Part shown: positions 1-9,482 of the stretch, piece by piece | Numbering within the stretch: position 1 is the stretch's first letter | Layout: each line of letters starts with the position of its first letter | Origin: an uncultured Solirubrobacteraceae bacterium | GTDB lineage: Bacteria; Actinomycetota; Thermoleophilia; Solirubrobacterales; Solirubrobacteraceae | NCBI GenBank assembly: GCA_964588985.1 | Contig: CAZPQW010000001.1 | Coordinates: 1 to 64,000, forward strand | Length of the DNA stretch: 64,000 nt | Direction: 5' to 3' | Program-made: the position numbers and the translations under genes | The notes under the pieces: model-generated | What the model was told of the DNA's origin: nothing | Seen by the model: the letters and a program-made list of their open reading frames with translations, nothing else | Databases searched by the model: none

Positions 1-2511
1 GAGCCAGCGCATGATGTAGTCGGGCATCGACTTCGCGAACGGGATCTCCGGGTTGCCGGTGATCCCCTCGGGCTCGAAGCGCATGTAGCTGAACTTCTGC
101 ACGAGCGTTTCGAGCGGCACGCCGTACTGCAGCGCGATCGAGATCGCGGTCGCGAAGGAGTTCATCATCCCTCGCAGCGTCGAGCCCTCCTTGCCGATGT
201 CGGTGAGGAAGATCTCCCCGACCGAGCCGTCCTCGTACATTCCCGCGGTGATGTAGCCCTCGTGGCCCGCGATCGAGAACTTGTGCGTGATCGACTGGCG
301 CGTGCGCGGCATCCGCTTGCGCTGCGGGCCGACTTCGGCGAGCGCCTTGCTGACGGCCTTCTCGATCAGCGCGTCCACGTCGGCCGGCGCCGGCGCGTCC
401 TTCTGCGCGTCGGTGCGCAGCGCCTGCGCGGTCTTCGAGCCGTCGCGGTAGATTGCCAGCGCCTTGATGCCGAGGCGCCATGCCTGCGTGTAGGCGTCGG
501 AGATGTCCTCCACCGTGCTGTCCTGGGGCATGTTGACCGTCTTGGAGATCGCGCCCGAGATGAACGGCTGCACCGCACCCATCATCTTCAGGTGGCCCAT
601 GTGCGAGATCGCGCGCTCGCCCACCGCCACGTCGAACACCGGCAGGTGCTCCTCTGCCAGGCCGGGCGCGCCGATGATCGTGCCGTGCTCCGCGAGGTGC
701 GCCTCGATCTGCTCGATCTGCGGCTCGGAGTAGCCGAGCGTCTGCAGCGCGAGCGGCACCGTGCGGTTGACGATCGTCATCTGCCCGCCGCCGACGAGCT
801 CCTTGAACTTCACCAGCGAGAAGTCCGGCTCCACGCCCGTGGTGTCGCAGTCCATCAGGAACGAGATCGTGCCGGTCGGCGCGAGCACGGTGGCCTGCGC
901 ATTGCGGTAGCCCATCTGCTCGCCAAACTGCACCGCCTCGTCCCAGGAGCGCCGTGCCGCGGCCAGCAGCTCGCCGTCCACGCAAACGGTGTCGGGGACC
1001 GCGTAGGAGGCGTCGCGGTGCATGCGCATCACGTTGACGTGCGCGTCGCGGTTCTCCTCGTAGTGCTCGTACGGTCCGAGCACCCCCGCGACCTCCGCCG
1101 AGCGGCGGTAGGCGCGGCCGGTCATCAGCGCGGTGATAGCGGCGGCGGTGCCGCGCCCGTGGTCGGAGTCGTAGGGCATGCCGTTGCTCATCAGGTACGC
1201 GCCGAGGTTCGCGTAGCCGAGGCCGAGCTGGCGGAACGCGCGGGCGTTGACGCCGATCTCGTCGGTCGGGTAGCTCGAAGGACCGACGACGATCTCCTGC
1301 GCGAGCAGCATCACGTCGACGACGTGCTCGAAGGAGTCCACGTCGAGCGTGCCGTCCTCGCGGCGGAACTTCATCAGGTTGATCGACGCGAGGTTGCACG
1401 CGGAGTTGTCCACGTGCATGTACTCGCTGCACGGGTTCGACGCGTTGATCCGGCCGCTATTGGGCGAGGTGTGCCAGTGGTTGATCGTCGTGTCGTACTG
1501 CACGCCAGGGTCGGCGCAGCGCCATGCCGCCTCGGAGATCTCGCGCATCAGCTCGCGTGCGCGGATCGGCTCGCCGATCGGCTGGCCGGTGGAGCGGGAG
1601 GTCAGGTGCCAATCGCCGTCCTCTTCCACCGCGCGCATGAACTCGTCCGTCACGCGCACCGAGTTGTTCGCGTTCTGGTACTGGATCGACTTGAAGCCGT
1701 CGCCGTCGATCGACATGTCGAAGCCCGCATCGCGCAGCGCCGCGGCCTTGTCCTCCTCCTTGGCCTTGCACCAGATGAACTCGCGGATGTCCGGGTGGTT
1801 GACGTCGAGCACGACCATCTTCGCCGCGCGTCGGGTCTTGCCGCCGGACTTGATCGTGCCGGCCCACGAGTCGGCTCCGCGCATGAACGACACCGGGCCG
1901 GAGGCGGTGCCGCCCTTCGCGAGCGGCTCCATCGAGCCGCGGATGTTCGACAGGTTGATGCCCGAGCCGGAGCCGCCGCGGAAGATCATCCCCTCCTTGG
2001 TGTTCCAATCGAGGATCGACTCCATCGTGTCGTCCACGCTGAGGATGAAGCACGCGCTGCACTGCGGGCTCTCCTCGAAGCCGACGTTGAACCACACCGG
2101 CGAGTTGAACGCCGCCATCTGATGCAGCAGGATGTGCGTCAGCTCGTGGTTGAACGCGCGCGCGTCGTCTTCGGTCGCGAAGTAGCCACCCGCGCGACCC
2201 CAGCCGGTGATCGTGCCGGCGACGCGGCTGATCATCTGCTTCACCGAGTGCTCGCGCTCAGGTGAGCCGAGCTGCCCGCGGAAGTACTTCTGCGCGACGA
2301 TGTTCGTCGCATTTTGCGACCAAGTCTTGGGGAACGAGACGCCCTCCTGCTCGAACGCCACACGGTCGCCGTGACCGATGCGCGCGTCGCGCAGCTCCCA
2401 CTCCACCGTTTCGAACGGATGCACGCCGGGCTTGGTGAAGAACCGTCTGATGGACAGCGCCTGATCGGCTGTCGTGTCCTGGGAAATCTCGGGGTTCGTG
2501 ACTGGGTTCAT
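1..2511 (-). CDS. nrdJ: Vitamin B12-dependent (class II) ribonucleotide reductase, 3' end runs off the window
   Basis: Translated by hand (absent from ORF track): MNPVTNPE..FTKPGVHPFETVEW..WSQNATNIVAQKYFRG, NPCSEY motif, TSCPD-like KFSYMRFEPEG..FAKSMPDYIMRWL at window edge; GGAGGAAGG RBS before ATG 2511. Confidence 0.95.
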   Translation of the reverse strand, partial: MNPVTNPEISQDTTADQALSIRRFFTKPGVHPFETVEWELRDARIGHGDRVAFEQEGVSFPKTWSQNATNIVAQKYFRGQLGSPEREHSVKQMISRVAGTITGWGRAGGYFATEDDARAFNHELTHILLHQMAAFNSPVWFNVGFEESPQCSACFILSVDDTMESILDWNTKEGMIFRGGSGSGINLSNIRGSMEPLAKGGTASGPVSFMRGADSWAGTIKSGGKTRRAAKMVVLDVNHPDIREFIWCKAKEEDKAAALRDAGFDMSIDGDGFKSIQYQNANNSVRVTDEFMRAVEEDGDWHLTSRSTGQPIGEPIRARELMREISEAAWRCADPGVQYDTTINHWHTSPNSGRINASNPCSEYMHVDNSACNLASINLMKFRREDGTLDVDSFEHVVDVMLLAQEIVVGPSSYPTDEIGVNARAFRQLGLGYANLGAYLMSNGMPYDSDHGRGTAAAITALMTGRAYRRSAEVAGVLGPYEHYEENRDAHVNVMRMHRDASYAVPDTVCVDGELLAAARRSWDEAVQFGEQMGYRNAQATVLAPTGTISFLMDCDTTGVEPDFSLVKFKELVGGGQMTIVNRTVPLALQTLGYSEPQIEQIEAHLAEHGTIIGAPGLAEEHLPVFDVAVGERAISHMGHLKMMGAVQPFISGAISKTVNMPQDSTVEDISDAYTQAWRLGIKALAIYRDGSKTAQALRTDAQKDAPAPADVDALIEKAVSKALAEVGPQRKRMPRTRQSITHKFSIAGHEGYITAGMYEDGSVGEIFLTDIGKEGSTLRGMMNSFATAISIALQYGVPLETLVQKFSYMRFEPEGITGNPEIPFAKSMPDYIMRWL

Positions 2512-2664
2512 CGACCTTCCTCCTCTGCTGCGCCGGCGTGGGGACGCTCACTAGAAAGCTGTTCGTAGGGTCGACAATGCTCCCGCGCGGATCGGACGGA
2601 AGCGACGCATCCGCCAGGCTTCCCACCACCACTCATTTTAGGTGGTTCGAGGGTTGTTCCTGGC

Positions 2665-3201
2665 CTACCGACCGAGCCTCGCCCAGTCGCTGAATTCGGC
2701 CCAGGTGGCCGACACGCGGAAGCCCGCCTCGGCGAAAGTGTGACGCAGCGAGAGCGTCCAACGCGGCTCGTAAGCCTGCAGTCTCGCGATGCCCCAGATC
2801 GCGCACCCGAGGGCCAGCAGTGCGGCGAGCGCGGCGGCGACCACCGCGGGTGTTGAGAGTTCGCTGGAGCCAGCCGAAGCCTTGGGCGCGGCCTGTCGTG
2901 CGCCGGTCGCGGGAACGGAGGTGGCGGGGGCGGGCGTCGTGGCGCCGACGGTGGGCGTCGTGGTGGCTGGGATGGTGGTGCTCGTCTGCGGCACCGTGGA
3001 TTTGGACGTCGCCGACAGGGTCGCCCCCGTGGGGGCCACGACGGTCCCGCCGGTGGTCGGCTGCACCCGCGCGGAGGCGGGCACGGGGAATTTGGGCGCG
3101 GTGTAGGTCTGATTGGCTGCGAGCGCGGCGCTGGGCGCGATCAGCGAGCCGATCGTCGCGGCGGCGAGCATGCGAGCAAGGTGCTTGCGCGGGAGGAGCA
3201 T
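2665..3201 (-). CDS. Hypothetical exported/membrane-anchored protein with Thr/Pro-rich linker
   Basis: Signal-peptide-like N-terminus, T/P-rich stalk, C-terminal TM helix; start placed at ATG 3201 inside ORF 2665..3750. Confidence 0.7.
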   Translation of the reverse strand: MLLPRKHLARMLAAATIGSLIAPSAALAANQTYTAPKFPVPASARVQPTTGGTVVAPTGATLSATSKSTVPQTSTTIPATTTPTVGATTPAPATSVPATGARQAAPKASAGSSELSTPAVVAAALAALLALGCAIWGIARLQAYEPRWTLSLRHTFAEAGFRVSATWAEFSDWARLGR

Positions 3202-3244
3202 GGCCTCGTCAATGCTAATGGCCGCGCGGTGCTCCGACGGCGCT

Positions 3245-3874
3245 CTACGCGAGGTCGGCGAGCGCGTCGAGCGCGCTTTCGAGCACGCGCTCGGGCGGCT
3301 GGGTGGCGTCGATCGCGCGGATCCGCTCTGGCTCGGTGCGCACGAGCTGGTCGTACGCGGTGGCGATGGTCGCGAAGAAGGCCTCGCCCTCGCGCTCCAG
3401 GCGGTCGGGCTCCACGGCTCGGGTGTGCTGGCGCGAGCGGCCCACTGCGGGGGGGATACGCAACAGCAGCGTGCGGTCCGGCGTGAGCGGGCCGGTTGCG
3501 AAGCGGTTGATCGCGCGCACCTCGTCCACGCCAAGCGAGCGGCCCGCGCCCTGGTAGGCGAGCGAAGAGTCCACGAACCGGTCGAGTAGCACGATCGCAC
3601 CCTCGCGCAGCAGCGGCAGCAGCAGCTCCTCAACGAGCTGCGCACGCGCTGCCGCGTATAGCAGCGCCTCGGTACGTGGTGCGACCGCGAGAGCTGGGTC
3701 TTTGACGAGCGCACGGATCTGCTCCGAGACCTCCACGCCGCCGGGCTCACGCAGCAACTCCACGCGCAGGCCGCGCGCGGCGAGCGCGTCCCGTAGACCC
3801 TCCGCCAGTGTGGACTTGCCCGCGCCGTCGAGCCCCTCGATCGTGATCAGCTTGCCGCGTGCCACGGGGCGCAC
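3245..3874 (-). CDS. tmk: Thymidylate (dTMP) kinase
   Basis: ITIEGLDGAGKST P-loop, REPGG, LLDRFVDSSLAYQG. Confidence 0.95.
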   Translation of the reverse strand: MRPVARGKLITIEGLDGAGKSTLAEGLRDALAARGLRVELLREPGGVEVSEQIRALVKDPALAVAPRTEALLYAAARAQLVEELLLPLLREGAIVLLDRFVDSSLAYQGAGRSLGVDEVRAINRFATGPLTPDRTLLLRIPPAVGRSRQHTRAVEPDRLEREGEAFFATIATAYDQLVRTEPERIRAIDATQPPERVLESALDALADLA

Positions 3875-3915
3875 GGTACAGGCTGCCCTGCATCCGACGG
3901 TAGGTTCACGTCCAC

Positions 3916-4551
3916 ATGGCTACGGCAGAAGGACCTCAATCTCGCAGAGTCGGCCGCCGCTCGATCGAGTCGGATCGGCTCAACCGTGCGTCACGGCTCG
4001 TTGAGCTCGCATGGCGAGACTTGCCGCGAGCACATAGGCAACTACTTGAGAGCGTGGGTGCGGCGCAGTGGCAGGTGGTGGATCAGCCACTACGAAGGGC
4101 CGTCGAGGATCTCCTGCGATCTGCCGGATATGAGCGGCTCTCCGCCCGTCACCTCGGTAGCTTGAAGGACGCCGCTGGCGTTTGGCTCCAGGATCTTCGC
4201 ATCGTCGTGATTGACGCCGGACACGAGGCGCTACTCGACCTCGATGATTCGACGTACGAGGCGATGGTGGCGAGGATCGCTTGGCACGAGTGGGGGCACG
4301 CTCTCGGCCTCGTGCGAACGGCGCGAGAAGACATCGCCTCCGGAAGTCGTCTGCTGGACCTTGCGCCAGTAGGAATCCGTCAGCGCATCCGGCGTTCGGG
4401 GTACAGTAAAAACGAGTACACCCATGAGCTTGTGGCGGAGCTCTATGTGCTGCTTATGTCCCGGCGTCGTCGTGGCGAGAGAGGACAGCCGCATTGGCTC
4501 GCTGATGAGCTATACAGGCTCGTAAGGAGGGTAAGCGGATGGAACGACTGA
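3916..4551 (+). CDS. Hypothetical protein with HExxH zinc-metallopeptidase motif
   Basis: IAWHEWGHALG followed by a downstream Glu-bearing helix (THELVAELY); composition less GC-rich than flanks. Confidence 0.6.
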   Translation: MATAEGPQSRRVGRRSIESDRLNRASRLVELAWRDLPRAHRQLLESVGAAQWQVVDQPLRRAVEDLLRSAGYERLSARHLGSLKDAAGVWLQDLRIVVIDAGHEALLDLDDSTYEAMVARIAWHEWGHALGLVRTAREDIASGSRLLDLAPVGIRQRIRRSGYSKNEYTHELVAELYVLLMSRRRRGERGQPHWLADELYRLVRRVSGWND

Positions 4552-4703
4552 CACCCACACAGCCTAAAGGCTACGTGCTCAGCGACAAGGAGAGCGTCGC
4601 GGATATTCTCGCTGTTGAGGCTGAGCTTCTTCGTAGCGAGGGCATTGATCCAAGCTGGCCCGGCTTTCCGGAAGACGACAAGCGCGAGGGTAAGAAGGCA
4701 TAG
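4539..4703 (+). CDS. Small charged 54-aa protein (not in ORF track)
   Basis: AAGGAGG RBS at 4524-4530, ATG 4539, TAG 4701-4703; MERLTPTQPKGYVLSDKESVADILAVEAELLRSEGIDPSWPGFPEDDKREGKKA; overlaps upstream gene by 13 nt. Confidence 0.6.
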   Translation: MERLTPTQPKGYVLSDKESVADILAVEAELLRSEGIDPSWPGFPEDDKREGKKA

Positions 4704-4733
4704 TTCGATTGCTGGCTAGCCTGCGGGTCTAGG

Positions 4734-5900
4734 ATGGCCGCAGAGATGTCAGCGACGGCCCCACCGGCGCAGCCGGCAGCAGCGAGCGCGAACACGGCCC
4801 TCCCCAACATCGACGCCCACCCCCACGCGCGCGCGGTGCTTGGCCCGGTGCTCGCGGGCACCGTCGGCCCGTCCCACGCCTACCTCTTTCATGGTCCCGC
4901 TGGTACGGGCAAGCGCGCTGTAGCGCGAGCGCTCGCGGCGGCGCTGCTGGTGGAGGGGGCGCGCACGCCCGGCACGGTCGCCGAGCGGGTGGCGCGCGAC
5001 AGCCACCCCGACCTGACGTGGGTGACGCCGTCGGGCGCGGCGGAGATGCTCGTGGCGGACATCGAGGAGCCGGTCGTCGCCGCGGCGACGCGTACGCCGT
5101 TCGAGTCCGCGCGGCGCGTGTTCGTGATCGAGGCGGCCGACACGATGAACGACCAGGCCGCCAACCGCATGCTCAAGACGCTCGAGGAGCCGCCCGCGTT
5201 TGCCCACCTGCTGCTGCTCACCGACCGCCGCGAGGACGTCCTCGCGACGATCTCCTCACGTTGCCAGCTGGTGCGCTTCGACCCGCTGCCGTGGGAGCGG
5301 ATCGCGCAGGGCCTCGAGGGCGTCGAGGACGAGCGCGCGCAGGCGTGCGCGCGCCTCGCGATGGGCGACGCGGGCCGCGCGGAGCGGCTCGCGAGCGAGG
5401 AGGGCAGGGCGCTTCGCTCATGCGCTGAGGACTACGCGCGCGCGACGTTGACGGGCACGACCGGCAAGCGCCCATGGGTCGGGTTGCTCGATCTGGCCAA
5501 GGCAGCGGGCGCTGCGGCCGGCGAGCGTGCGCAGGAGCGACTCGCGGTGGAGCTCGAGATGGTCCCGAGCAAGGAACGCAAAAAATATGAAAGAGAAGGA
5601 CTCGATGCGCGCAGGCGCGGAGAGCGGCGGGCGCGCACGCGCACGCTCGACCTCGCGCTCGGGCTCGCCGAGCTGTGGCTGCGCGACGTGCTGTGCGTCA
5701 GCGAGGGCGCCACCGAGCTCGTCTACGCGGTCGACCGCCGCGCGGAGCTCGAAGAGGACGCGCGGGGACGCCTGCCGGCGCGGCTGCGCGAGGGGATGGA
5801 GCTGGTTGGCGAGACGCGGCTCAGCCTCGCGGTGAACGTCTCGGAGGAGCTCGCGCTGGAGGCGCTCGCCTACCGGCTCGAAGCGCTACTGACCGTCTGA
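4734..5900 (+). CDS. holB: DNA polymerase III subunit delta'
   Basis: HAYLFHGPAGTGK, HPD, ADTMNDQAANRMLKTLEEPP, TISSRCQ; next to tmk. Confidence 0.9.
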   Translation: MAAEMSATAPPAQPAAASANTALPNIDAHPHARAVLGPVLAGTVGPSHAYLFHGPAGTGKRAVARALAAALLVEGARTPGTVAERVARDSHPDLTWVTPSGAAEMLVADIEEPVVAAATRTPFESARRVFVIEAADTMNDQAANRMLKTLEEPPAFAHLLLLTDRREDVLATISSRCQLVRFDPLPWERIAQGLEGVEDERAQACARLAMGDAGRAERLASEEGRALRSCAEDYARATLTGTTGKRPWVGLLDLAKAAGAAAGERAQERLAVELEMVPSKERKKYEREGLDARRRGERRARTRTLDLALGLAELWLRDVLCVSEGATELVYAVDRRAELEEDARGRLPARLREGMELVGETRLSLAVNVSEELALEALAYRLEALLTV

Positions 5901-5905
5901 GTCCC

Positions 5906-7930
5906 CTACAGGACCCCGCTGATCTCGACGAGGGGTTCTTCGTTCGTGAGGCTGTCTTTTTTGATCGTGAGCGCGACCCGTTCGCCTGGTTCTTCCGCGT
6001 CGAGGCCGGCGAGCGAGGCTTCGACAAGTTCGCCCGTGGCGGTTTCGTAGAAGTCGGGGTGCTGTTGTCCGCCGCCAAGTTCGTATTTCAGGGTGTTGCC
6101 GGACAGGCGGCCGGTCGTCACGAAGGCGAGCACCGAGCCGGTGACTTCAAACGATTTGCCTCCGCAGGTGAAGGCCGCGAAAGGCCCGATTTCGCCGGCC
6201 GGGTGGAGGTCGAGAGCGACCTTTCGCTTCGCGTCGCCCCACACAAAGCCGCCGTCTAGTGTGCTGGTGACGATTTCTTCGCTGCCGGCGCCCGCCGAGG
6301 AACACGCGCTCGTGGAGTGTTTGCAGCCGGTGAAGGTGAGCACGACGCCGCTGACGTCGCTCGCTCCTTCGTAGTTGCCGGTGCTCGACTGCGCCGCGCA
6401 GGCGATGGTCTTGCCCGAACCCAGGAACGCGCTCGCGCCGCCGGCGGTTTTGAAGCCGGCTTTGACGGCGCCCGGCACCCATTCATAGCCGCTTCCCGGC
6501 TCCAGCATTGCGCAGCCCTTGGCGAACCTGCCTTTGCCTTTGGCCACTTTCACGCAGCGCCCGATCTGCGGCTCGACCCCGGGCGGAGCCCCGGCCGCGG
6601 CCGTACCGATGGCCAGGACCGCTCCCTCGGCCGGCGGTTCGCCGCTGCCGCCGCCGCCGGCGGCGAGGGCGCTGACTTCGCTCAGCCGCGCGACTTCCAC
6701 CGGCCAGGCGTTCAAGGACCCGTTCAGCCCGTCGCCGAGCTCGCCCGCACCGTTGTTGCCCCATGCCATCGCCTTTCCGCTGCGTAGCAGCGCGTAGCCG
6801 GATGCCCAGCCGGCCGCGATGGCGGTCGCTTCGTGGTTCAGATCGACGGTTTCGACCGGCACGTCGCTGTACTGGTATTTGCTGCCCATCGCCACCTTGC
6901 CGTAACCGAGCTGGCCCCCGTTGTTCGTGCCCCACGCCATCACCTTGCCGCTGCTCAGGAGCGCCAGACTGAAGTAGTCGCCGGCCGCGACACTCGTTAC
7001 CCCGCTCAAGCCGGAGACGGACACGGGCACGGCGCTTGCTGGGCCGATGGTTCCCTGGCCGAGCTCGCCGCGTTCGTCTTGGCCCCATGCGACGACCGTC
7101 CCGGCGCTCGTCACGGCGAGGTCGTGTCCCGCCGTCGTGGAGATCGCCCGCGCACCTGCCAGCTGCGGGATTTCAACAGGCGTCGTTCCGGTCGCTTCGC
7201 CCGGTCGCTCGCCGTTGCCCAGCCAGCCGCCGTCGCCCCACGCCATCACCGCGCCGTCACCGAGGATCGCGAAGGACGTCGATCCGCCGCCGCTGGAGAC
7301 CGCCCTGACGCTGGTGAGTCCGCTCACTTCCACCGGCCGCGTCGCGCACGACACTTCTTTGGGCATCACGTATACGTAGGAGCACGTTTCAGGCCCGGTC
7401 GCCGAGCCGTCGCCGAGCGCGCTGTGAGCGTTGCTCCCCCACGCCATCACCGTGCCGTCGGCCAGCAGGGCGAGCGCGCCCCCTTCGCGCACGCCGATCG
7501 CGACCACTTCGCCCAGACCTTCGACTTCCACGGGGGTGGCGCTGGAGATGTTCGTGCCGTCGCCGAGCTGGCCCACGTTGTTCGTGCCCCAGGCCATCAC
7601 TTTGCCGGTGTTGAGCAGCGCGACGCTGTAGCCGTTGCCACTGGCTATCGCGGTCACGCCGCTCAGCCCAGGGACGCTCACGGGTGTGATGCTGCAGAAG
7701 CCGCCGCCGATGCAGCGTTCCGGGCCGGTGAACGTGCCGATGCCGAGCTGCCCCTGGTCGTCCTGTCCCCACGCGGCGAGCGTTCCGGATGCCGCTCGTG
7801 CCGAGGACGCAATCGCGGCCGCGGCGAGCGCTACGACCAGCAGCACCGCTGTGGCGGCGATGATCGGGCCCGTCCACCCGCGCCGCTGCTCTGTAAGGCC
7901 CACGTTCCAACCCCCCGTTTCGCGTGGCAT
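5906..7930 (-). CDS. Secreted RCC1-repeat (beta-propeller) protein
   Basis: Signal peptide plus repeated VMAWGxNxxGQLGxG...PVxV units. Confidence 0.85.
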   Translation of the reverse strand: MPRETGGWNVGLTEQRRGWTGPIIAATAVLLVVALAAAAIASSARAASGTLAAWGQDDQGQLGIGTFTGPERCIGGGFCSITPVSVPGLSGVTAIASGNGYSVALLNTGKVMAWGTNNVGQLGDGTNISSATPVEVEGLGEVVAIGVREGGALALLADGTVMAWGSNAHSALGDGSATGPETCSYVYVMPKEVSCATRPVEVSGLTSVRAVSSGGGSTSFAILGDGAVMAWGDGGWLGNGERPGEATGTTPVEIPQLAGARAISTTAGHDLAVTSAGTVVAWGQDERGELGQGTIGPASAVPVSVSGLSGVTSVAAGDYFSLALLSSGKVMAWGTNNGGQLGYGKVAMGSKYQYSDVPVETVDLNHEATAIAAGWASGYALLRSGKAMAWGNNGAGELGDGLNGSLNAWPVEVARLSEVSALAAGGGGSGEPPAEGAVLAIGTAAAGAPPGVEPQIGRCVKVAKGKGRFAKGCAMLEPGSGYEWVPGAVKAGFKTAGGASAFLGSGKTIACAAQSSTGNYEGASDVSGVVLTFTGCKHSTSACSSAGAGSEEIVTSTLDGGFVWGDAKRKVALDLHPAGEIGPFAAFTCGGKSFEVTGSVLAFVTTGRLSGNTLKYELGGGQQHPDFYETATGELVEASLAGLDAEEPGERVALTIKKDSLTNEEPLVEISGVL

Positions 7931-7960
7931 CCCCGCGCCCTCTCCCCGCGCGGTGGAGAA

Positions 7961-7989
7961 AACGTATATCTCAGATATCTAATAGTCAA
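7961..7989 (-). promoter_or_regulatory. Sigma70-type promoter with palindromic operator for the RCC1 gene
   Basis: Minus strand reads TTGACT-N17-TACGTT; palindrome ATATCT-C-AGATAT (7966-7978) lies in the spacer. Confidence 0.6.
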
Positions 7990-8054
7990 GCCAGTGTGCT
8001 ACCGGCCGCCTGACGCTTACGAGCGGGCGGAGATCGACTGGCGAGGGTGATCGT

Positions 8055-8930
8055 CTACGCGATCGGCCCGAGGTTGGGCTCGAGCCCATACGTCTCGAAC
8101 GCCATGAACTTCGAGAACAGGCGGTTGTCCGGCCCGTGGAAGTCGGCCGAGCCGGTGCTCAGCAGGCCGAGCTCCGCGCAGCGGTTCGCGAGCAGCTCGG
8201 TCTGCGGCTGGTCGTGGGAGATGTAGAACGCCTCCACGCCGTCCATGCCGAGCGCCACGAAGCGGTCCACCGTGGAGAGCACTTCCTCGGGGGCCTCGAT
8301 GTCCCAGAAGGGGTGCGCCCAGATCGCAACGCCGCCCGCCTCGTGGATCGCCTCGACGGCCTGCGCGACCGTGGGCGTCTGGCGCAGGCGGAACGCCGGG
8401 CGGCCCTCGATCAGGTAGCCGCGGATCAGCGAGCCGATGTCGTCGATGTTCTCGTCCTTCAGCCGCGCGGCGTTCGCCGGCGCGGACAGAACCGCTTCGG
8501 CGAGATGCGGGCGGCCGATCGGTTTGCCCGCCGCGATCCGGTCATCGAGCTGCTGTTCGTCCAGGTCGAAGCCCACCTCGCGCAGACCGTCGCGCATCCG
8601 CAGCGTGCGGTGCTCGCGGTCGGCGAGGAACTCGGCGAGCTTCTGCGTGATCGCCGTCCCGGTGTGGTCGATGTCGTAGCCGAGGATGTGCAGTTCGCGA
8701 GGCACCGGCGAGTCCTCGTCGACGGCCGATATCTCCACCGCGGACACCACCCGAACGCCGTAGCGCTCGCCCGCAGCGATCGCCTCCGAGACGCCGCTCA
8801 CCGTGTCGTGGTCGGACAGCGCAAGCAGCTCCACGCCCGCGTCGGCGGCGCGCTTGACGACCTCCTCGGCGGACAGGGCGCCGTCGGAGTGCGTCGAGTG
8901 CGACTGCAGGTCGAAGCGGGGAGTTGACAT
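8055..8930 (-). CDS. PHP-domain metal-dependent phosphoesterase (TrpH/YciV-like)
   Basis: DLQSHSTHSDG, LSDHD, HILGY, GRPH, AHP, GSADFHG; start at ATG 8930. Confidence 0.9.
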   Translation of the reverse strand: MSTPRFDLQSHSTHSDGALSAEEVVKRAADAGVELLALSDHDTVSGVSEAIAAGERYGVRVVSAVEISAVDEDSPVPRELHILGYDIDHTGTAITQKLAEFLADREHRTLRMRDGLREVGFDLDEQQLDDRIAAGKPIGRPHLAEAVLSAPANAARLKDENIDDIGSLIRGYLIEGRPAFRLRQTPTVAQAVEAIHEAGGVAIWAHPFWDIEAPEEVLSTVDRFVALGMDGVEAFYISHDQPQTELLANRCAELGLLSTGSADFHGPDNRLFSKFMAFETYGLEPNLGPIA

Positions 8931-8953
8931 CCGCGGCAGCGTATGCGATCGGC

Positions 8954-9325
8954 TCAGAAGCCGGCGTGCTCGCGCTCGCCCGCGCGGGCGAGCGCGGAGA
9001 TGCGGCGCGCGATGGCGGTGCGCTGCCGACGCACGGCCGCGTGGTAGCGGTGAGCCTTCTCGTGAAGCACGCGGTCGCCGTTCGGGTTGGTCGCCTCGAG
9101 CGTCGCGTGCGCCGCGTCCGTGTCGATCGCGCGCAGCTGCGCGTCCAGCCACAGCACCTCCAGATACGCGATCGCCGCGCCGCGCTGGTCCTCAGGGAGG
9201 GCGTGGCGCTGCTCGAGCTGGCGCAGCACCGGCACCACCTCGGAGATCAACCAGCGCTGCTCGCCGTGGGCGCGCAGCAGCAGGCAGATGTCGGGCGGGT
9301 GGGAGGTGGAGGTCTGGCTGGTCAT
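8954..9325 (-). CDS. Hypothetical helical protein
   Basis: 123-aa ORF with host-like codon usage, co-oriented upstream of the PHP gene. Confidence 0.6.
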   Translation of the reverse strand: MTSQTSTSHPPDICLLLRAHGEQRWLISEVVPVLRQLEQRHALPEDQRGAAIAYLEVLWLDAQLRAIDTDAAHATLEATNPNGDRVLHEKAHRYHAAVRRQRTAIARRISALARAGEREHAGF

Positions 9326-9482
9326 CTTTCGATCTGTCTTGGGCTTCGGCGGGTGGATATGCGTGCTTTAGGAGAACGGGGGTGCACTCCACGCTTCTTC
9401 GGCATACGGATCTCTCGAACGGGGGATCGCCTCGTACACGGCTCAAGGCACCAGCGGTGCGCTACCGATGAGTTGAGTAGGA

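Noticed and set aside
262-2265. 667-aa plus-strand ORF
   Set aside because: Antisense shadow of nrdJ; Arg/His-rich translation typical of high-GC reverse frames
2627-2646. ACCAC..GTGGT semi-palindrome upstream of nrdJ as an NrdR box
   Set aside because: Spacing and core match the NrdR consensus poorly and there is no convincing second box
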